Shown here: in pieces, positions 51,412-61,776 of the stretch | Layout of the letters: each line of letters starts with the position of its first letter | Numbering within the stretch: position 1 is the first letter of the stretch | Origin: Candidatus Nitrospinota bacterium M3_3B_026 | Lineage (GTDB): Bacteria; Nitrospinota_A; UBA7883; JBPRGF01 | DNA length: 64,000 nt | NCBI GenBank assembly: GCA_051418015.1 | Contig: JBPRGF010000031.1 | Coordinates: 1-64,000, forward strand | Direction: 5' to 3' | Notes under the pieces: generated by a model | Told to the model about the DNA's origin: nothing | Database searches by the model: none | Seen by the model: only the letters and a program-made list of their open reading frames with translations | Translations under genes and position numbers: made by a program

Positions 51412-51798
51412 TCAGGCCGAAAGGCCTATGTCCGAGGGGGAGGTAAGCTTTTTGACCATGGCGATGAAGTCCTCCGTCTCCACGGGCTTGACGACGTATT
51501 CCAGCGCGCCGAGGTCGTAGACGGACTCGATGAACGTGTCCACGTCGCCGTGGCCCGTCACGATGATCGCCTTCTGGCCCTTGCGGATTTCGGACATGCG
51601 CCGCACGAAGTCCAGTCCGGACATCTCCGGCATCACGAGGTCCGAGATGACAAGATCATATTTTTTCCTGGCGAGCATCTGAAGCGCCTCCTCGGCGGAA
51701 TGGGACGAGTCCGTCTCATACCCCTGGCCCTCCAGCACCTCTTTGGACCACAGGATGTGCGCTTCGTCGTCGTCGACCAGGAGGATAGTTTTGGGCAT
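51412..51798 (-). CDS. Single-domain response regulator
   Basis: LLVDDD, DLVISDLVMPEMSG, YVVKP. Confidence 0.92.
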   Translation of the reverse strand: MPKTILLVDDDEAHILWSKEVLEGQGYETDSSHSAEEALQMLARKKYDLVISDLVMPEMSGLDFVRRMSEIRKGQKAIIVTGHGDVDTFIESVYDLGALEYVVKPVETEDFIAMVKKLTSPSDIGLSA

Positions 51799-51923
51799 AA
51801 CGCAAGGACCTCGAGATTTCCGCGGCTTTGTCCACCACTTGAGTAGGTATTCTAGAGGAAAAAATCTCCGAATCCAAGAGGGTTCGTCCAGACGACGACG
51901 CCGGGAGCGAAAAAGGGCCCCCC

Positions 51924-51979
51924 GGTGACTTTGGTCATAACGGCGATGGCGGATCGTGGCGTAAATTGATAGACTTCAA
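51924..51979 (+). promoter_or_regulatory. Putative CRP/FNR-family binding sites
   Basis: GGTGA-N6-TCATA (51924-51939) and TTGAT-N4-TTCAA (51966-51979). Confidence 0.4.
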
Positions 51980-52010
51980 AACTTTTGAGAATTTTTATGT
52001 TGAGGAGATT

Positions 52011-52646
52011 ATGAGCGCTTTTCTGGGTCCGATACATTACTGGATGTTCAAAAAGATACAGACACTGGAGTCCCGCGCCTTCGCCATCGCCTCCGCTTTG
52101 GAGGCGGCGGGCCGCGGCGGCGAGGTCAAAGAACTCTCGGACGAATACGGCGACAGGCTCGAGGGACAGGACCTGGAAGCCATCCTGGGGGACAACCCCA
52201 TCCACCAGTTCCTCTCCGGCCTTATCGCAAGGGTGGAAGTGCTCGAGTCGAAGCTTGTGGAGGCCGCTGGCGATGACTTCGGCAAGGCGCTGGAAGCCGC
52301 CGGGGAACACGGGGAGAAAACGGCGCAAGCCGCGCTGGAGAACGCCGCGGCGCCGGAAAACTTCGAGCAGATGTACCAGATCATAAACGACTACCAGCTC
52401 GAAGGGATGCCCTGCGACCCCGGCGCGGAGGTCGGCATGACAAACGGCGTCATGCGCTACGATCACTCCACCTGCAACCATCTGCCGAACTGGCGGTTCA
52501 CCGGCGTCGATGTCGGCAGGATGTGCGACATCACCAACGCCTGGCTCAACGGCTTCATAAAGGGCCTGAACAAGGACGCCAGCTTCTCCGTGGAGAAAAC
52601 GATCGCGAAGGGCGCCGGCTCATGCCGCGCCGAGCTGAAGCTGTAG
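52011..52646 (+). CDS. Conserved hypothetical protein (MSAFLGPIHYW N-terminus, V4R-like C-terminal Cys)
   Basis: GAGGAG RBS; LEGMPCD, C.H, terminal G..SC motif. Confidence 0.7.
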   Translation: MSAFLGPIHYWMFKKIQTLESRAFAIASALEAAGRGGEVKELSDEYGDRLEGQDLEAILGDNPIHQFLSGLIARVEVLESKLVEAAGDDFGKALEAAGEHGEKTAQAALENAAAPENFEQMYQIINDYQLEGMPCDPGAEVGMTNGVMRYDHSTCNHLPNWRFTGVDVGRMCDITNAWLNGFIKGLNKDASFSVEKTIAKGAGSCRAELKL

Positions 52647-53057
52647 CGGGAAGGGGCGAAAGTATACGCTGACCGGCGGCGCGCCAAAAAACCCATCCCC
52701 TGGAGGGAGGGTTTTTGAGGGGTAGGTCCGAAACTCCCTTTCTGTCGCCCTGAACCTGTTTCAGGGCCTCACGGCCAAACAGCGTCATGCTGAGCGTCAG
52801 CGAAGCATCCCGCGCATCCTGTGTCGTCCTGAGGGAGCGCAGCGACCGAAGGACCCCGCCCGGTCATGCCACGCCCTGCGGGATTCTTCGGCTGGCGCCT
52901 CAGAATGACAACGTTGACGCGCCTCCCCCTTCAAGGGGGAGGATTTTGATATATGGCTCCGAAGCCCGCGCGAGTATAAGACAACCCGGAAAATCCCCGT
53001 CGGTGGGGCGACAAGGCCAAAAGCTTCCCCGTGGAAAGAGAGCGCCGGCGGCGGAGG

Positions 53058-53342
53058 CTATCCCGAACTCCTGATTTTATCGATCTTCGCCTCCAGCTCG
53101 GCCTCGATTCTCTCCTTTTCGGCCAGAAAACCTTTCCTGGCCTCGTCTATCTCCCGATCGAAGGCCCCGCCCGCGGGCGCGGCGGCGATCTTCTGATCGA
53201 GCGATATCTTCAGCTCGGCTACTCTGGCCTCGGCCTTTTTGCGCTCCCCGGCGACCCTTTTTTTCTGTTCATCGGTCAGGGGCTTCGCCTCCGCCCCCAT
53301 CTTCGCGGCCTTTTCCATCGCCAGCTCCAGCGCCGACTTCAT
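53058..53342 (-). CDS. Hypothetical coiled-coil protein
   Basis: AGGA..AAG RBS; MKSALELAMEK N-terminus. Confidence 0.7.
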   Translation of the reverse strand: MKSALELAMEKAAKMGAEAKPLTDEQKKRVAGERKKAEARVAELKISLDQKIAAAPAGGAFDREIDEARKGFLAEKERIEAELEAKIDKIRSSG

Positions 53343-54378
53343 CTTTCTTATCCTCCTTTTCGCCAGGCTGCGCCACGCCGGTCTTGACGGGCGCTATCGT
53401 TTTTATCCTCAGCCCCGGCTCCAGCGGCGTGTCATGATCCATGCCGTTCAGCACCGCTATCTCGAGCGCAAGGCCCTCGTCCCCGCTTACGTCTTTCGCG
53501 ATCGAGCGGAACGTCTCTCCCTCCTTCACGGTGTGTATCCTTACCTCGTGAGGCGGCGAAGTCCTGCCCCGCCATTTCGGTTTGCCGTACTTGAGGCCGT
53601 CTATGGCGTCCAGGTACCTGTCACGAAAAAAGTTGACGTTCCCGCCGCGGCCTTTCAGTATCTGGCTCATCTTCTCGGCCTCGCCTACCCTTATCCTTGT
53701 GTCCGGGTGGGTGGCGTAGAAGCCATGGTAGCTTATCCCCCCGAGCCTTTCCATCTCCCTCAGGGTGCTCAGGAAACCCGTCATCCCGGTGGGGTCGTAC
53801 CCGGCGTAGTAGGCGTTCTGCATCCCCACGAGGTCGGACTCCATCTCCATCTCCCGCCCGTAGCCGCGCAGTATCTGGTCGGTGAGGGTGGAGGTGACCG
53901 TAAGCCACGCCCCCGCGTTTTCTCTCACGTCCTGGCTGACGGCCAGCCCTCCCAGCGTCAGCAGAAGCGAGCCGAGCTGTTTTCTTGTCTGCTTGATGGC
54001 GTGATGGCCTATGACGTGGCCTATCTCGTGGCCTATCACGTTGGCCAGCTCCGCCTCGGAGTTCAACGCCGCCAGGAGCCCGCGGGTGACGTAGACGTAC
54101 CCGCCGGGGAGGGCGAAGGCGTTGACCATTTCGTGGTCGAGCAGCCTGAAATGATAGTCGAACTGGCGGTCCCTGATCTGCGTGAGAACCTTTTCGCCCA
54201 CGCGGCGGACGTATTCTCTCAGTTCCTCGTCGTCATACAGCCCGAACTGTTGTACGATCTCCTTGTCCGTCTCGCGCCCGATGGTCTCCTCGTCCGGCTG
54301 GGCGGCGGCGGGGCCTGTTGACAGCGCCGCCAGGATCAAAACGAGCGCGGCGGACGCGGCGGTATTACGAAAAGTCAT
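53269..54378 (-). CDS. M48 family metalloprotease with C-terminal LysM-like domain
   Basis: Signal peptide, NAFALPGG, HEIGH, YGREMEMESD, THP, HTVKEGETF..IA. Confidence 0.88.
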   Translation of the reverse strand: MTFRNTAASAALVLILAALSTGPAAAQPDEETIGRETDKEIVQQFGLYDDEELREYVRRVGEKVLTQIRDRQFDYHFRLLDHEMVNAFALPGGYVYVTRGLLAALNSEAELANVIGHEIGHVIGHHAIKQTRKQLGSLLLTLGGLAVSQDVRENAGAWLTVTSTLTDQILRGYGREMEMESDLVGMQNAYYAGYDPTGMTGFLSTLREMERLGGISYHGFYATHPDTRIRVGEAEKMSQILKGRGGNVNFFRDRYLDAIDGLKYGKPKWRGRTSPPHEVRIHTVKEGETFRSIAKDVSGDEGLALEIAVLNGMDHDTPLEPGLRIKTIAPVKTGVAQPGEKEDKKDEVGAGAGDGKGREDGGGGEAPDR

Positions 54379-54438
54379 GTTATATATCACTGCGAAAAAT
54401 TCAATAATATCACATGACGACATCCAGGAGAGCCTCTC

Positions 54439-55329
54439 ATGAGCGTCTTTGACGAGAACATGAAGTGGACGGGCTTCGGAGGGCTGAAGCCGCCGGAGCC
54501 AAGCCTTGACGGGGCCGCGGCGGTCGTCCTGCCTGTCCCCTACGACTCCACCACCTGCTACAGGTCCGGGACGCGCGGGGGGCCGCGGGCGATAATCGAG
54601 GCCTCGGCGCAGGTGGAGCTTTACGACCCGGAATGGGGGGTGGACCTGGAAGGGCTCGACGTGGTCCTCCTGCCGGAGGTGGAGCAGGAAGTCTCCGGCC
54701 CGGAGGCGATGGTGAAAAGGGTGGAGACGGTCTACAGGGCGGTAAGCGAAAAAGTCCCCTTCGTCCTCACCATCGGCGGGGAGCACTCCGTCTCCGCCGC
54801 CGCCGTCCGCGTCCTGGCGGAAAGGTTCAAGGGGGCGCTCACCGTCGTCCAGATCGACGCCCACGCCGACCTGCGGGACTCCTACCAGGGCTCGCCGGCC
54901 TCCCACGCCTGCGTGATGCGGCGGATATCGGAACATGCGCCCATCGTCCAGGCGGGGATAAGAAACGCCTCGCGGGAGGAGGCGGAGTTCATCAGGACAA
55001 GCGGTCATCCGGTCTACCACGCCTGGGACATCGCCGGGCGGACGGACTGGATCGGCGGCATGATCGAACACCTCGAAGAGAACGTCTACATCACCATCGA
55101 CCTCGACGGGTTCGACCCGTCGGTGGTCCCCGGCGTCGGCACGCCGGAGCCGGGGGGCCTGGGCTGGCGGGAGACCGTGGAGGCTATACGCGGCATCGGC
55201 CGGGAGCGGAAGATAGTGGGCGCGGACGTCATGGAGCTTCTCCCCGTCCCCGGCTCCGTCGTGTCGGACTTCACCGCCGCCAGGCTCTGTTTCAAGCTGC
55301 TGGCCGCCGCGGCGCTTTCTCCCCGTTGA
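54439..55329 (+). CDS. speB: Agmatinase
   Basis: GGEHS, DAHAD, DLDGFDPS..PG.GTPEPGG. Confidence 0.92.
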   Translation: MSVFDENMKWTGFGGLKPPEPSLDGAAAVVLPVPYDSTTCYRSGTRGGPRAIIEASAQVELYDPEWGVDLEGLDVVLLPEVEQEVSGPEAMVKRVETVYRAVSEKVPFVLTIGGEHSVSAAAVRVLAERFKGALTVVQIDAHADLRDSYQGSPASHACVMRRISEHAPIVQAGIRNASREEAEFIRTSGHPVYHAWDIAGRTDWIGGMIEHLEENVYITIDLDGFDPSVVPGVGTPEPGGLGWRETVEAIRGIGRERKIVGADVMELLPVPGSVVSDFTAARLCFKLLAAAALSPR

Positions 55330-55387
55330 GGCGCGGGGCGGGGCGAAAAATTTGTATCCACTCCGGGGCGGGATTTAAGATATCCCC

Positions 55388-56047
55388 ATGCCGCGAAAAA
55401 ACACGACACGGCCCGGGGCCGGTGATCTTTACAAGACACAGCGGGAATACTACAAAAGAGTCTACAGCTCCGGCGGCCCAGCCCCGTGGGACACGGCCTT
55501 CGACGGAGAATGGCTCGAAAGAAAATTGAAAAGCCTCGGCCTGGCGGGGGGAAGGCGCGCCCTGGACCTTGGCGCGGGACGCGGCAGGGGGGCGCGGATA
55601 TTGAAAAAGGCCGGCTGGCGCGTCGCGGCGATGGACTACCTGGCTGAGCCGCTGGCGGGGGCGAAAGGACGGACGGACGGGGGCGCATGGCTCGTCCAGG
55701 GGGACGCTTTCGAGCCCCCCTTCGCGCCGCGCTCTTTCGACCTCGCGCTTGACTGGGGCGTGTTCCACCACACGAGAAGACGGGACACGGCGGCCTTTCT
55801 GCGATCGGTGACGGCGCTTCTGAAGCCGTCGGGGGTTTTCCTGCTCGGCTGTTTTTCGACGAAGTTCAGGCACCCCGGCGAGAAGAGAAGGAAAAGGAAC
55901 TGGACGAGGCACAACGGCCACTACGACCGTTTCTCCACCAGGAGCGAGCTGCGCGGGCTCTTCTCGCCCTTTTTCCTCGTGGACTCCATCGATGAGGACC
56001 CGAAAGGGTTTTACCTGCTTGCGATGACCCTCAAGGAGCGGACATGA
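55388..56047 (+). CDS. Class I SAM-dependent methyltransferase
   Basis: ALDLGAGRG, FDLALDWGVFHH. Confidence 0.85.
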   Translation: MPRKNTTRPGAGDLYKTQREYYKRVYSSGGPAPWDTAFDGEWLERKLKSLGLAGGRRALDLGAGRGRGARILKKAGWRVAAMDYLAEPLAGAKGRTDGGAWLVQGDAFEPPFAPRSFDLALDWGVFHHTRRRDTAAFLRSVTALLKPSGVFLLGCFSTKFRHPGEKRRKRNWTRHNGHYDRFSTRSELRGLFSPFFLVDSIDEDPKGFYLLAMTLKERT

Positions 56048-56343
56048 CTGTATACGAAATCTGCGACCGCTGCGGCGTGATGATAGCGGAGGGCGCCATA
56101 AGATACGTCGTCCGCCTCGTCGTCGCCGCCGACGACGGGGGCGTCGTCTCCGAGCCGATCACCGACATGGAGATGGACGAGATCATCCAGCGGCTGGAGG
56201 AGGCCGACGCCGCGGAGCTTGAGCGAAACGTCTTCGAGGAGCGCGAGTACATACTCTGCCCGAGGTGCAAGCGGGAGTTTCTGAAAAACCCTCTCCGCGG
56301 CGGCCCGGAAGGCGGCTTCGGCCGCGGGCGGCTTATGAGCTAA
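56044..56343 (+). CDS. Small Zn-ribbon hypothetical protein
   Basis: CDRC ... CPRC; coupled to the upstream gene. Confidence 0.7.
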   Translation: MTVYEICDRCGVMIAEGAIRYVVRLVVAADDGGVVSEPITDMEMDEIIQRLEEADAAELERNVFEEREYILCPRCKREFLKNPLRGGPEGGFGRGRLMS

Positions 56344-58940
56344 GGGTGCCCCGCCTCCTCCGGCTCCGTCCTCGGCTGGGACGTTATGACCGTTTTTCGA
56401 CCGTTGTAATCGACGGTCACGGCGCCGCCTTCGGCGATCTGGCCCTCGATGATCTTCATCGAAAGCTCGTCCAGTATCTCGTCCTGGATCAGCCGCTTCA
56501 GCGGCCGCGCGCCGTAGACCTCGTCGTAGCCCGCCTCGGCCAGATGCTCCGAGGCGGCGCCGGTGATGGTCAGCCTTATGCCCTTCCTGGCCAGCCTCTC
56601 GGCCACCATGGCCGTCTGCAGTTTGACTATTTCGGCCAGCTCCTCGCGGGTGAGCCGCTGGAAGATTATGATGTCGTCCACCCGGTTCAAAAACTCCGGC
56701 CTGAACGCCTGCCGCAGGATGGCGTTGACCGCCGCCTCCTGGGCGCTCCTGTCGTGGGCGCCCTCGGCGATCTCGCGCCCTCCGAGGTTGGAGGTCATGA
56801 TTATCACCGTGTTCTTGAAATCGACGACGCGGCCCTTGCCGTCGGTCAGCCTCCCCTCGTCGAGCAGTTGCAGGAGAACGTTGAAGACCTCCGGGTGGGC
56901 CTTTTCTATCTCGTCGAGCAGGATAACGCTGTAGGGGCGCCTGCGGACGGCCTCGGTCAGCTGGCCGCCCTCCTCGTAGCCGACGTACCCCGGAGGCGCG
57001 CCGATGAGCCTTGCCACGGAGTGTTTTTCCATGTACTCGCTCATGTCTATGCGCGTCAGGGCTTTCTCGGTGTCGAACAGGAACTGGGCCAGCGCCTTGG
57101 CAAGCTCCGTCTTGCCCACGCCCGTGGGGCCGAGGAAGATGAACGAGCCGATTGGCCTGTTCTCTTCCTGTATCCCCGCGCGGCTTCTGCGGACGGCGTT
57201 GGAGACGGCTTTCAGGGCCTCCTTCTGGCCCACGACGCGCCTGGCCAGCTCATCTTCCATGTGGACGAGCTTTTCGGACTCCTCGGCTAGCATCCTGGAA
57301 AGGGGGATGCCCGTCCAGCTGGAGACGACCTCGGCTATGTCCTCCTCGGTCACCTCCTCTTTCAGTATCTTCCCCTCCTTCTGGGCCTGGGCGAGCTTTT
57401 CCTGGTACTCTTTTATCTTCTTCCGCAGGGCCGGTATCTCGCCGTAGATTATCTCCGCGGTCCTCTGCAGGTTCCCTTCCCGCTCGGCCCGCTCGGCCTC
57501 CACTTTCAGCTCGTCGATCTTCCTGCTGGAGTCCTTGATGGAGTCCAGGCTCTCTTTTTCCGTCTTCCATTTGATCTCGAGGGACTTGTTCGTCTCCCGC
57601 AGCCCGGCCAGCTCTTTTTCCAGCTCGGCGAGCCTTTTCTTCGACGCCTCGTCGGACTCTTTTTTAAGCGCCTCGCGTTCGATCTCCAGCCTGCGGATGG
57701 CCCTGTGGATCGTGTCTATCTCCGTGGGCTTGCTGTCGATCTCGATCTTCAGCCGCGAGGTGGCCTCGTCGATCAGGTCTATGGCCTTGTCCGGCAGGAA
57801 CCTGTCGGTGATGTACCGGTCGGAGAGCGTCACGGCGGCGACGATGGCGTTGTCGCGGATGCGGACGCCGTGGTGGGCCTCGTATTTGTCCTTGATCCCG
57901 CGCAGGATGGAGATGGCGTCCTTGGCCGAGGGCTCCTCCACCATCACCGGCTGAAACCTGCGCTCCAGGGCGGCGTCTTTTTCTATGTACTTACGGTACT
58001 CCTTCAGCGTCGTCGCTCCGATGGCGCGAAGCTGCCCGCGGGCCAGGGCTGGCTTTAAAAGGTTGCCCGCGTCCATGGCGCCCTCCGCCGCGCCGGCGCC
58101 GACTATCGTGTGAAGCTCATCTATGAACAGGATGATCTCGCCTTTCGAGCGCTCGATCTCGTTTATCAGCGCCTTCAGCCGGTCCTCGAACTCCCCGCGG
58201 TACTTGGTCCCCGCTATCATCGCGCCGAGGTCTAAAGCGATGAGCTTCTTGTCCCGGATCGCCTCGGGCACGTCCCTGTCCACGATCTTCTTGGCCAGCC
58301 CCTCGACTATCGCCGTCTTGCCCACCCCAGGCTCGCCGACGAGGACGGGGTTGTTTTTCGTCCTGCGGGAGATGATCTGCATCACGCGGCGGATCTCGCC
58401 GTCACGGCCTATCACGGGGTCTATCTTGCCTTCCCGGGCCATCCGGGTAAGGTCACGGGTGTATTTTTCAAGGACCTGGTACTTGCCCTCGGGGTCGGGG
58501 TCGGTGACGCGCTGGCCGCCGCGCACATCGGCGAGCGCGGCGAGGGCTTCGTCTTTCGTGATGTTCAGTATCTTGTTTATCCCCGGCAGGCCGAGCATGG
58601 CCAGCAGGAGGGTCTCCGCGCTGATATACTCGTCGCGCAGCCTGCCGGCCTCGGCCTCGGCGTTGTCGAAAACCGTTTTCAGGTCCGGCGACATGTAGGC
58701 CCGCTCCGTCCCGCCGGAGACGGACGGCAGGGATCCCAGGTGTTTTTTTATCTCCCCCGCGATGTCGTCGGGCCGCCGTTCAAGCTTCGACAGAAGCGAC
58801 GGGACGACTCCTCCCGCCTGCTCCACGAGAGCGAGCAGAAGATGGGCGGGGGTTATCTCCTGGTGGCCGTGGGCGGCGGCGATGTTCATCGCCTCCTGGA
58901 CCGCCTCCGCGGCCTTCGTCGTGAACTTGTTGAAATCCAT
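56340..58940 (-). CDS. clpB: Chaperone ClpB
   Basis: Two AAA modules ([16 protein letters not shown]) and coiled-coil M domain. Confidence 0.97.
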   Translation of the reverse strand: MDFNKFTTKAAEAVQEAMNIAAAHGHQEITPAHLLLALVEQAGGVVPSLLSKLERRPDDIAGEIKKHLGSLPSVSGGTERAYMSPDLKTVFDNAEAEAGRLRDEYISAETLLLAMLGLPGINKILNITKDEALAALADVRGGQRVTDPDPEGKYQVLEKYTRDLTRMAREGKIDPVIGRDGEIRRVMQIISRRTKNNPVLVGEPGVGKTAIVEGLAKKIVDRDVPEAIRDKKLIALDLGAMIAGTKYRGEFEDRLKALINEIERSKGEIILFIDELHTIVGAGAAEGAMDAGNLLKPALARGQLRAIGATTLKEYRKYIEKDAALERRFQPVMVEEPSAKDAISILRGIKDKYEAHHGVRIRDNAIVAAVTLSDRYITDRFLPDKAIDLIDEATSRLKIEIDSKPTEIDTIHRAIRRLEIEREALKKESDEASKKRLAELEKELAGLRETNKSLEIKWKTEKESLDSIKDSSRKIDELKVEAERAEREGNLQRTAEIIYGEIPALRKKIKEYQEKLAQAQKEGKILKEEVTEEDIAEVVSSWTGIPLSRMLAEESEKLVHMEDELARRVVGQKEALKAVSNAVRRSRAGIQEENRPIGSFIFLGPTGVGKTELAKALAQFLFDTEKALTRIDMSEYMEKHSVARLIGAPPGYVGYEEGGQLTEAVRRRPYSVILLDEIEKAHPEVFNVLLQLLDEGRLTDGKGRVVDFKNTVIIMTSNLGGREIAEGAHDRSAQEAAVNAILRQAFRPEFLNRVDDIIIFQRLTREELAEIVKLQTAMVAERLARKGIRLTITGAASEHLAEAGYDEVYGARPLKRLIQDEILDELSMKIIEGQIAEGGAVTVDYNGRKTVITSQPRTEPEEAGHP

Positions 58941-59036
58941 TTTTAACCGCTTTCTGAAAATTTATTTCCACCTGTTGAAATATAGGATCAAAAAAACCCA
59001 AGTCAAGGAAGAGCCTGCCGCGTGCGAAGGGACGGG

Positions 59037-59762
59037 TTATATGACCCTTCCCTCGAAGTTGCGCCACGCGCCTATGACCAGGCCCACTATGGGGTTTTCG
59101 TTCTCCCGCAGGTCGACGCTCTGGATCCTCTCGGAGATGTTCAGGGGGATCAGGTAGAGCAGGTAGCCGTCCCGCTGCAGCATCTTCGCGGTGATCCCCT
59201 CGCCGTCGAATATGGCGTATATCTTTTTCTCCAGGACCTTTTCCTTGTCCACGCCGCGGTCTATGACCACGATGTCACCCGAGCTCAGGTGGGGCGTCAT
59301 GGAGTCCCCCTGGACCCGGCAGGCTATCAGGTTGCGGGAAGCGCCCGCCCGCTTGAGCGCCCGCACGTGCAGGAGCACGTGGTCTATGACGTCCTCCTCG
59401 GCGATGATGGGCGCGCCCGCCGCTATCCTGCCCTCGGTCAGGGGCACGCTTATGTATTCCGCCCCGTCCGGCGCCTGCCCGGAGCCTGGACGGGCGCCCT
59501 GGAGATGAAAACTCAGCGGCCCGCCGTCCCGAACGTCCGCGGGCAAAGGCTCGCCGGTGAGAAGCCGCCCAAGGTCCATCCCCCCGATCCCGGCGATCCG
59601 CAGCAGGGTGTTTATGTCCGGCAGGGCTCCCGCCTCGTATCTCTTCACGGAGGTGTGGGAGACGCCGATCATCTCGCCGAACTCCTGCAACGTCCTGTCC
59701 GCGCGTATCTTCCTGATCCGCCCGCCCAGCGCTTTCCTGTCGATCCCGGACTTGTTTATCAT
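59037..59762 (-). CDS. XRE-HTH + S24 peptidase repressor (CI/LexA-like)
   Basis: N-terminal HTH; RIAAG cleavage site, GDSM serine, TAKML lysine. Confidence 0.88.
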   Translation of the reverse strand: MINKSGIDRKALGGRIRKIRADRTLQEFGEMIGVSHTSVKRYEAGALPDINTLLRIAGIGGMDLGRLLTGEPLPADVRDGGPLSFHLQGARPGSGQAPDGAEYISVPLTEGRIAAGAPIIAEEDVIDHVLLHVRALKRAGASRNLIACRVQGDSMTPHLSSGDIVVIDRGVDKEKVLEKKIYAIFDGEGITAKMLQRDGYLLYLIPLNISERIQSVDLRENENPIVGLVIGAWRNFEGRVI

Positions 59763-59779
59763 GCCTGTTAAATTATTCC

Positions 59780-59809
59780 TTGACAATTAATATTTACGTT
59801 AAATAGAAT
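59780..59809 (+). promoter_or_regulatory. sigma70 promoter divergent from the repressor
   Basis: TTGACA-N18-TAGAAT in an AT-rich island. Confidence 0.6.
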
Positions 59810-59856
59810 TCTACCGGAGCGCGGAGGCGCTGGCAAGTCGGAAAGGTGGTTTTTTT

Positions 59857-60111
59857 GTGTTTTCTGGGAGGCCGAAGGTGAGAACCGGAAAATCGGGAGA
59901 CGATGGGGGCGAGGCCTCGGGCGCTGGAGGCGTTCGCGCGTCCCGCAAAAAATATCTTACGACCTCACAGCTGATGTCGCGGTGGGGGGTGAGCGCGCCT
60001 ACGGTCATCCGGCTGATAGAGGAGGGACAGCTTCGCGGGCTCAAGATAAGGGGGGTGTACAGGGTGGCGCTGGACTCGGTGGAGTCCTACGAGCGGAAGG
60101 TGTCGTTTTGA
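59857..60111 (+). CDS. Excisionase-like (HTH_17/MerR-type) DNA-binding protein
   Basis: YLTTSQLMSRWGVSAPTVIRLIEEGQL.G.KI.G.YRV. Confidence 0.75.
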   Translation: MFSGRPKVRTGKSGDDGGEASGAGGVRASRKKYLTTSQLMSRWGVSAPTVIRLIEEGQLRGLKIRGVYRVALDSVESYERKVSF

Positions 60112-60123
60112 GGCGCCGGCCGT

Positions 60124-61230
60124 TCAGGCCGCGGCTTTTTTCGACAGCCTGCCCCGTATCACGGACCCCACCGTGACGGCCAGGAAAAGGAGAATGGAGA
60201 CCTCGTTCAGTATCCCCCCGTGGGCCTGTCCCACGAAGCTGCCCGCGAGGTCCGCCCCCACCCGGGCGATCAGCGAGACCTGCAACAGCGCGAAGTGGAC
60301 GTAAAAGAGGGGAGTGTAAGGCACGTCAACCTTGAGCACCGCCGGGAAGATGATCGGCGCGTGGCCGAAGATCATGGAGAAGACGAACCCCAGGAAGACC
60401 GCGTGCAGCGCGCCGTCGTAATAAAGCCCCGGCTCCCAGCTTCCCGCCGTCATGGTCATGGCCCCGCCGACGGCCAGCCATGCGTAGCCGGACATCAGGC
60501 ACACCGCCACGAAGCGCGTGAGCCCGGCCTGGCGGATCGTCCGCCGGGCCACGTCGAACCGGGCCAGCCACACAGCCAGCGCGATCATCCCCGCCCCCGC
60601 CACGGGCGCCCCCGCGTCCGGGTAGATGGACATCACGGCCACTCCGGCGATGAACAGGCCCGCCGCGCCCATGAAGACCCATTCGGCCCAGGCGGGCGGC
60701 CGCAGATACCGGCTCAGCTCCAGCCGCTCACCCACGATGGTGAGAATCAAAAAGCCAGCCCACCACATCACGAGATCGTAAACCGGCGCCCCGAAAAGCC
60801 ACATCGCGTCGCCCACGAGAAGGGCCGCCGAGCCCGCGCCCATCACGGCGGTGAAAAGCGCCGGCTGCTCACGGATGATGGCGATGTTCACAGCCACGAG
60901 GACGGCGGCGCCCAAGGTCACGAGCAGCGGCCCCGCCAGCCCTATGGTGTCCACGATCAACGCGAGCCCGCCAAGACCCGTCAGCGCCGGGGACAGGTAC
61001 GCCCACCCCCGCCCGTAGGCGACGGCCCGCTCGAGCCCTATGACGACGCCAAGGAAACAGGCCGCCATGAAGGGGCCGTGCCCTTCGTAAAGAAACGGCC
61101 TGACGGGCGGCAGGTCGAACCCCATCCGCAAAAGCCCCGCCCAAAGCCCCGCCAGCAGGCATATCATCCCCGAGGCCATGAGGGGAAACCTGATCTTGTA
61201 GAAAAATCCCATGCTGCCTTTCCTCGTCAA
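60124..61230 (-). CDS. Polytopic membrane protein with conserved His (NnrS-like)
   Basis: HGPFM..FLG.VIGLERAVA, GERLELSR, YDGALHAVFLGFVFSMIFGHAP. Confidence 0.7.
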   Translation of the reverse strand: MTRKGSMGFFYKIRFPLMASGMICLLAGLWAGLLRMGFDLPPVRPFLYEGHGPFMAACFLGVVIGLERAVAYGRGWAYLSPALTGLGGLALIVDTIGLAGPLLVTLGAAVLVAVNIAIIREQPALFTAVMGAGSAALLVGDAMWLFGAPVYDLVMWWAGFLILTIVGERLELSRYLRPPAWAEWVFMGAAGLFIAGVAVMSIYPDAGAPVAGAGMIALAVWLARFDVARRTIRQAGLTRFVAVCLMSGYAWLAVGGAMTMTAGSWEPGLYYDGALHAVFLGFVFSMIFGHAPIIFPAVLKVDVPYTPLFYVHFALLQVSLIARVGADLAGSFVGQAHGGILNEVSILLFLAVTVGSVIRGRLSKKAAA

Positions 61231-61369
61231 AACTTTTGCCCTTCGCAGGGGGAGGGCCAGGGTGGGGGTGATATTTACAACACCCGCTCCCCATGATTAT
61301 CTTAATCTCATGCAGGCTCCGGAGTTTTTCTCTCCGGAGCGTTCGGGGCCTCCGGCGCGGCGCGATGCT

Positions 61370-61672
61370 TCAGTCTCCGTAAAGCTTTTTGCGCCCCTCC
61401 TCGCTCATCATGTCCGGGCTCCAGGGAGGGTTCCACACAAGCCTCGCCTCCACGGCCTTCACCTCCGGGAAGCGCGCCTTGAGGGCCGCCTCGGCCTGGT
61501 CCCTGATATGCTCACCCATGGGGCAGGCGCGGGTGGTCATGGTCATCTCCACATTGATGGAGTCCTCGGCCGTCTCCACGCTGTAGACAAGGCCAAGGTC
61601 CACGACGTTCAGCCCCACTTCGGGGTCTATGACGCCCTTCAGCGCCTCTTTAACCGCCTCCTCCGATATCAC
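61370..61672 (-). CDS. Metal-sulfur cluster assembly factor (DUF59/SufT/PaaD-like)
   Basis: VIDPEVGLNVVDLGLVY, T..CPM, VWNPPWSPDMMS. Confidence 0.9.
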   Translation of the reverse strand: MISEEAVKEALKGVIDPEVGLNVVDLGLVYSVETAEDSINVEMTMTTRACPMGEHIRDQAEAALKARFPEVKAVEARLVWNPPWSPDMMSEEGRKKLYGD

Positions 61673-61776
61673 GCGGCGCCCTTTCCTTTCGTTTCGTTTC
61701 GCCGAAGACTTTAACACGCCGGGGCCAGCCGGCGTTATGACTTTTGCCCCATTATCGCGGCGCGGGGGGAGGATTA

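Noticed and set aside
54379..55071. Apparent N-terminal extension of the M48 protease
   Set aside because: Antisense to speB; the signal peptide begins at 54378.
59037..60111. Prophage
   Set aside because: No integrase, replication or structural genes adjacent; only the regulator pair is present.
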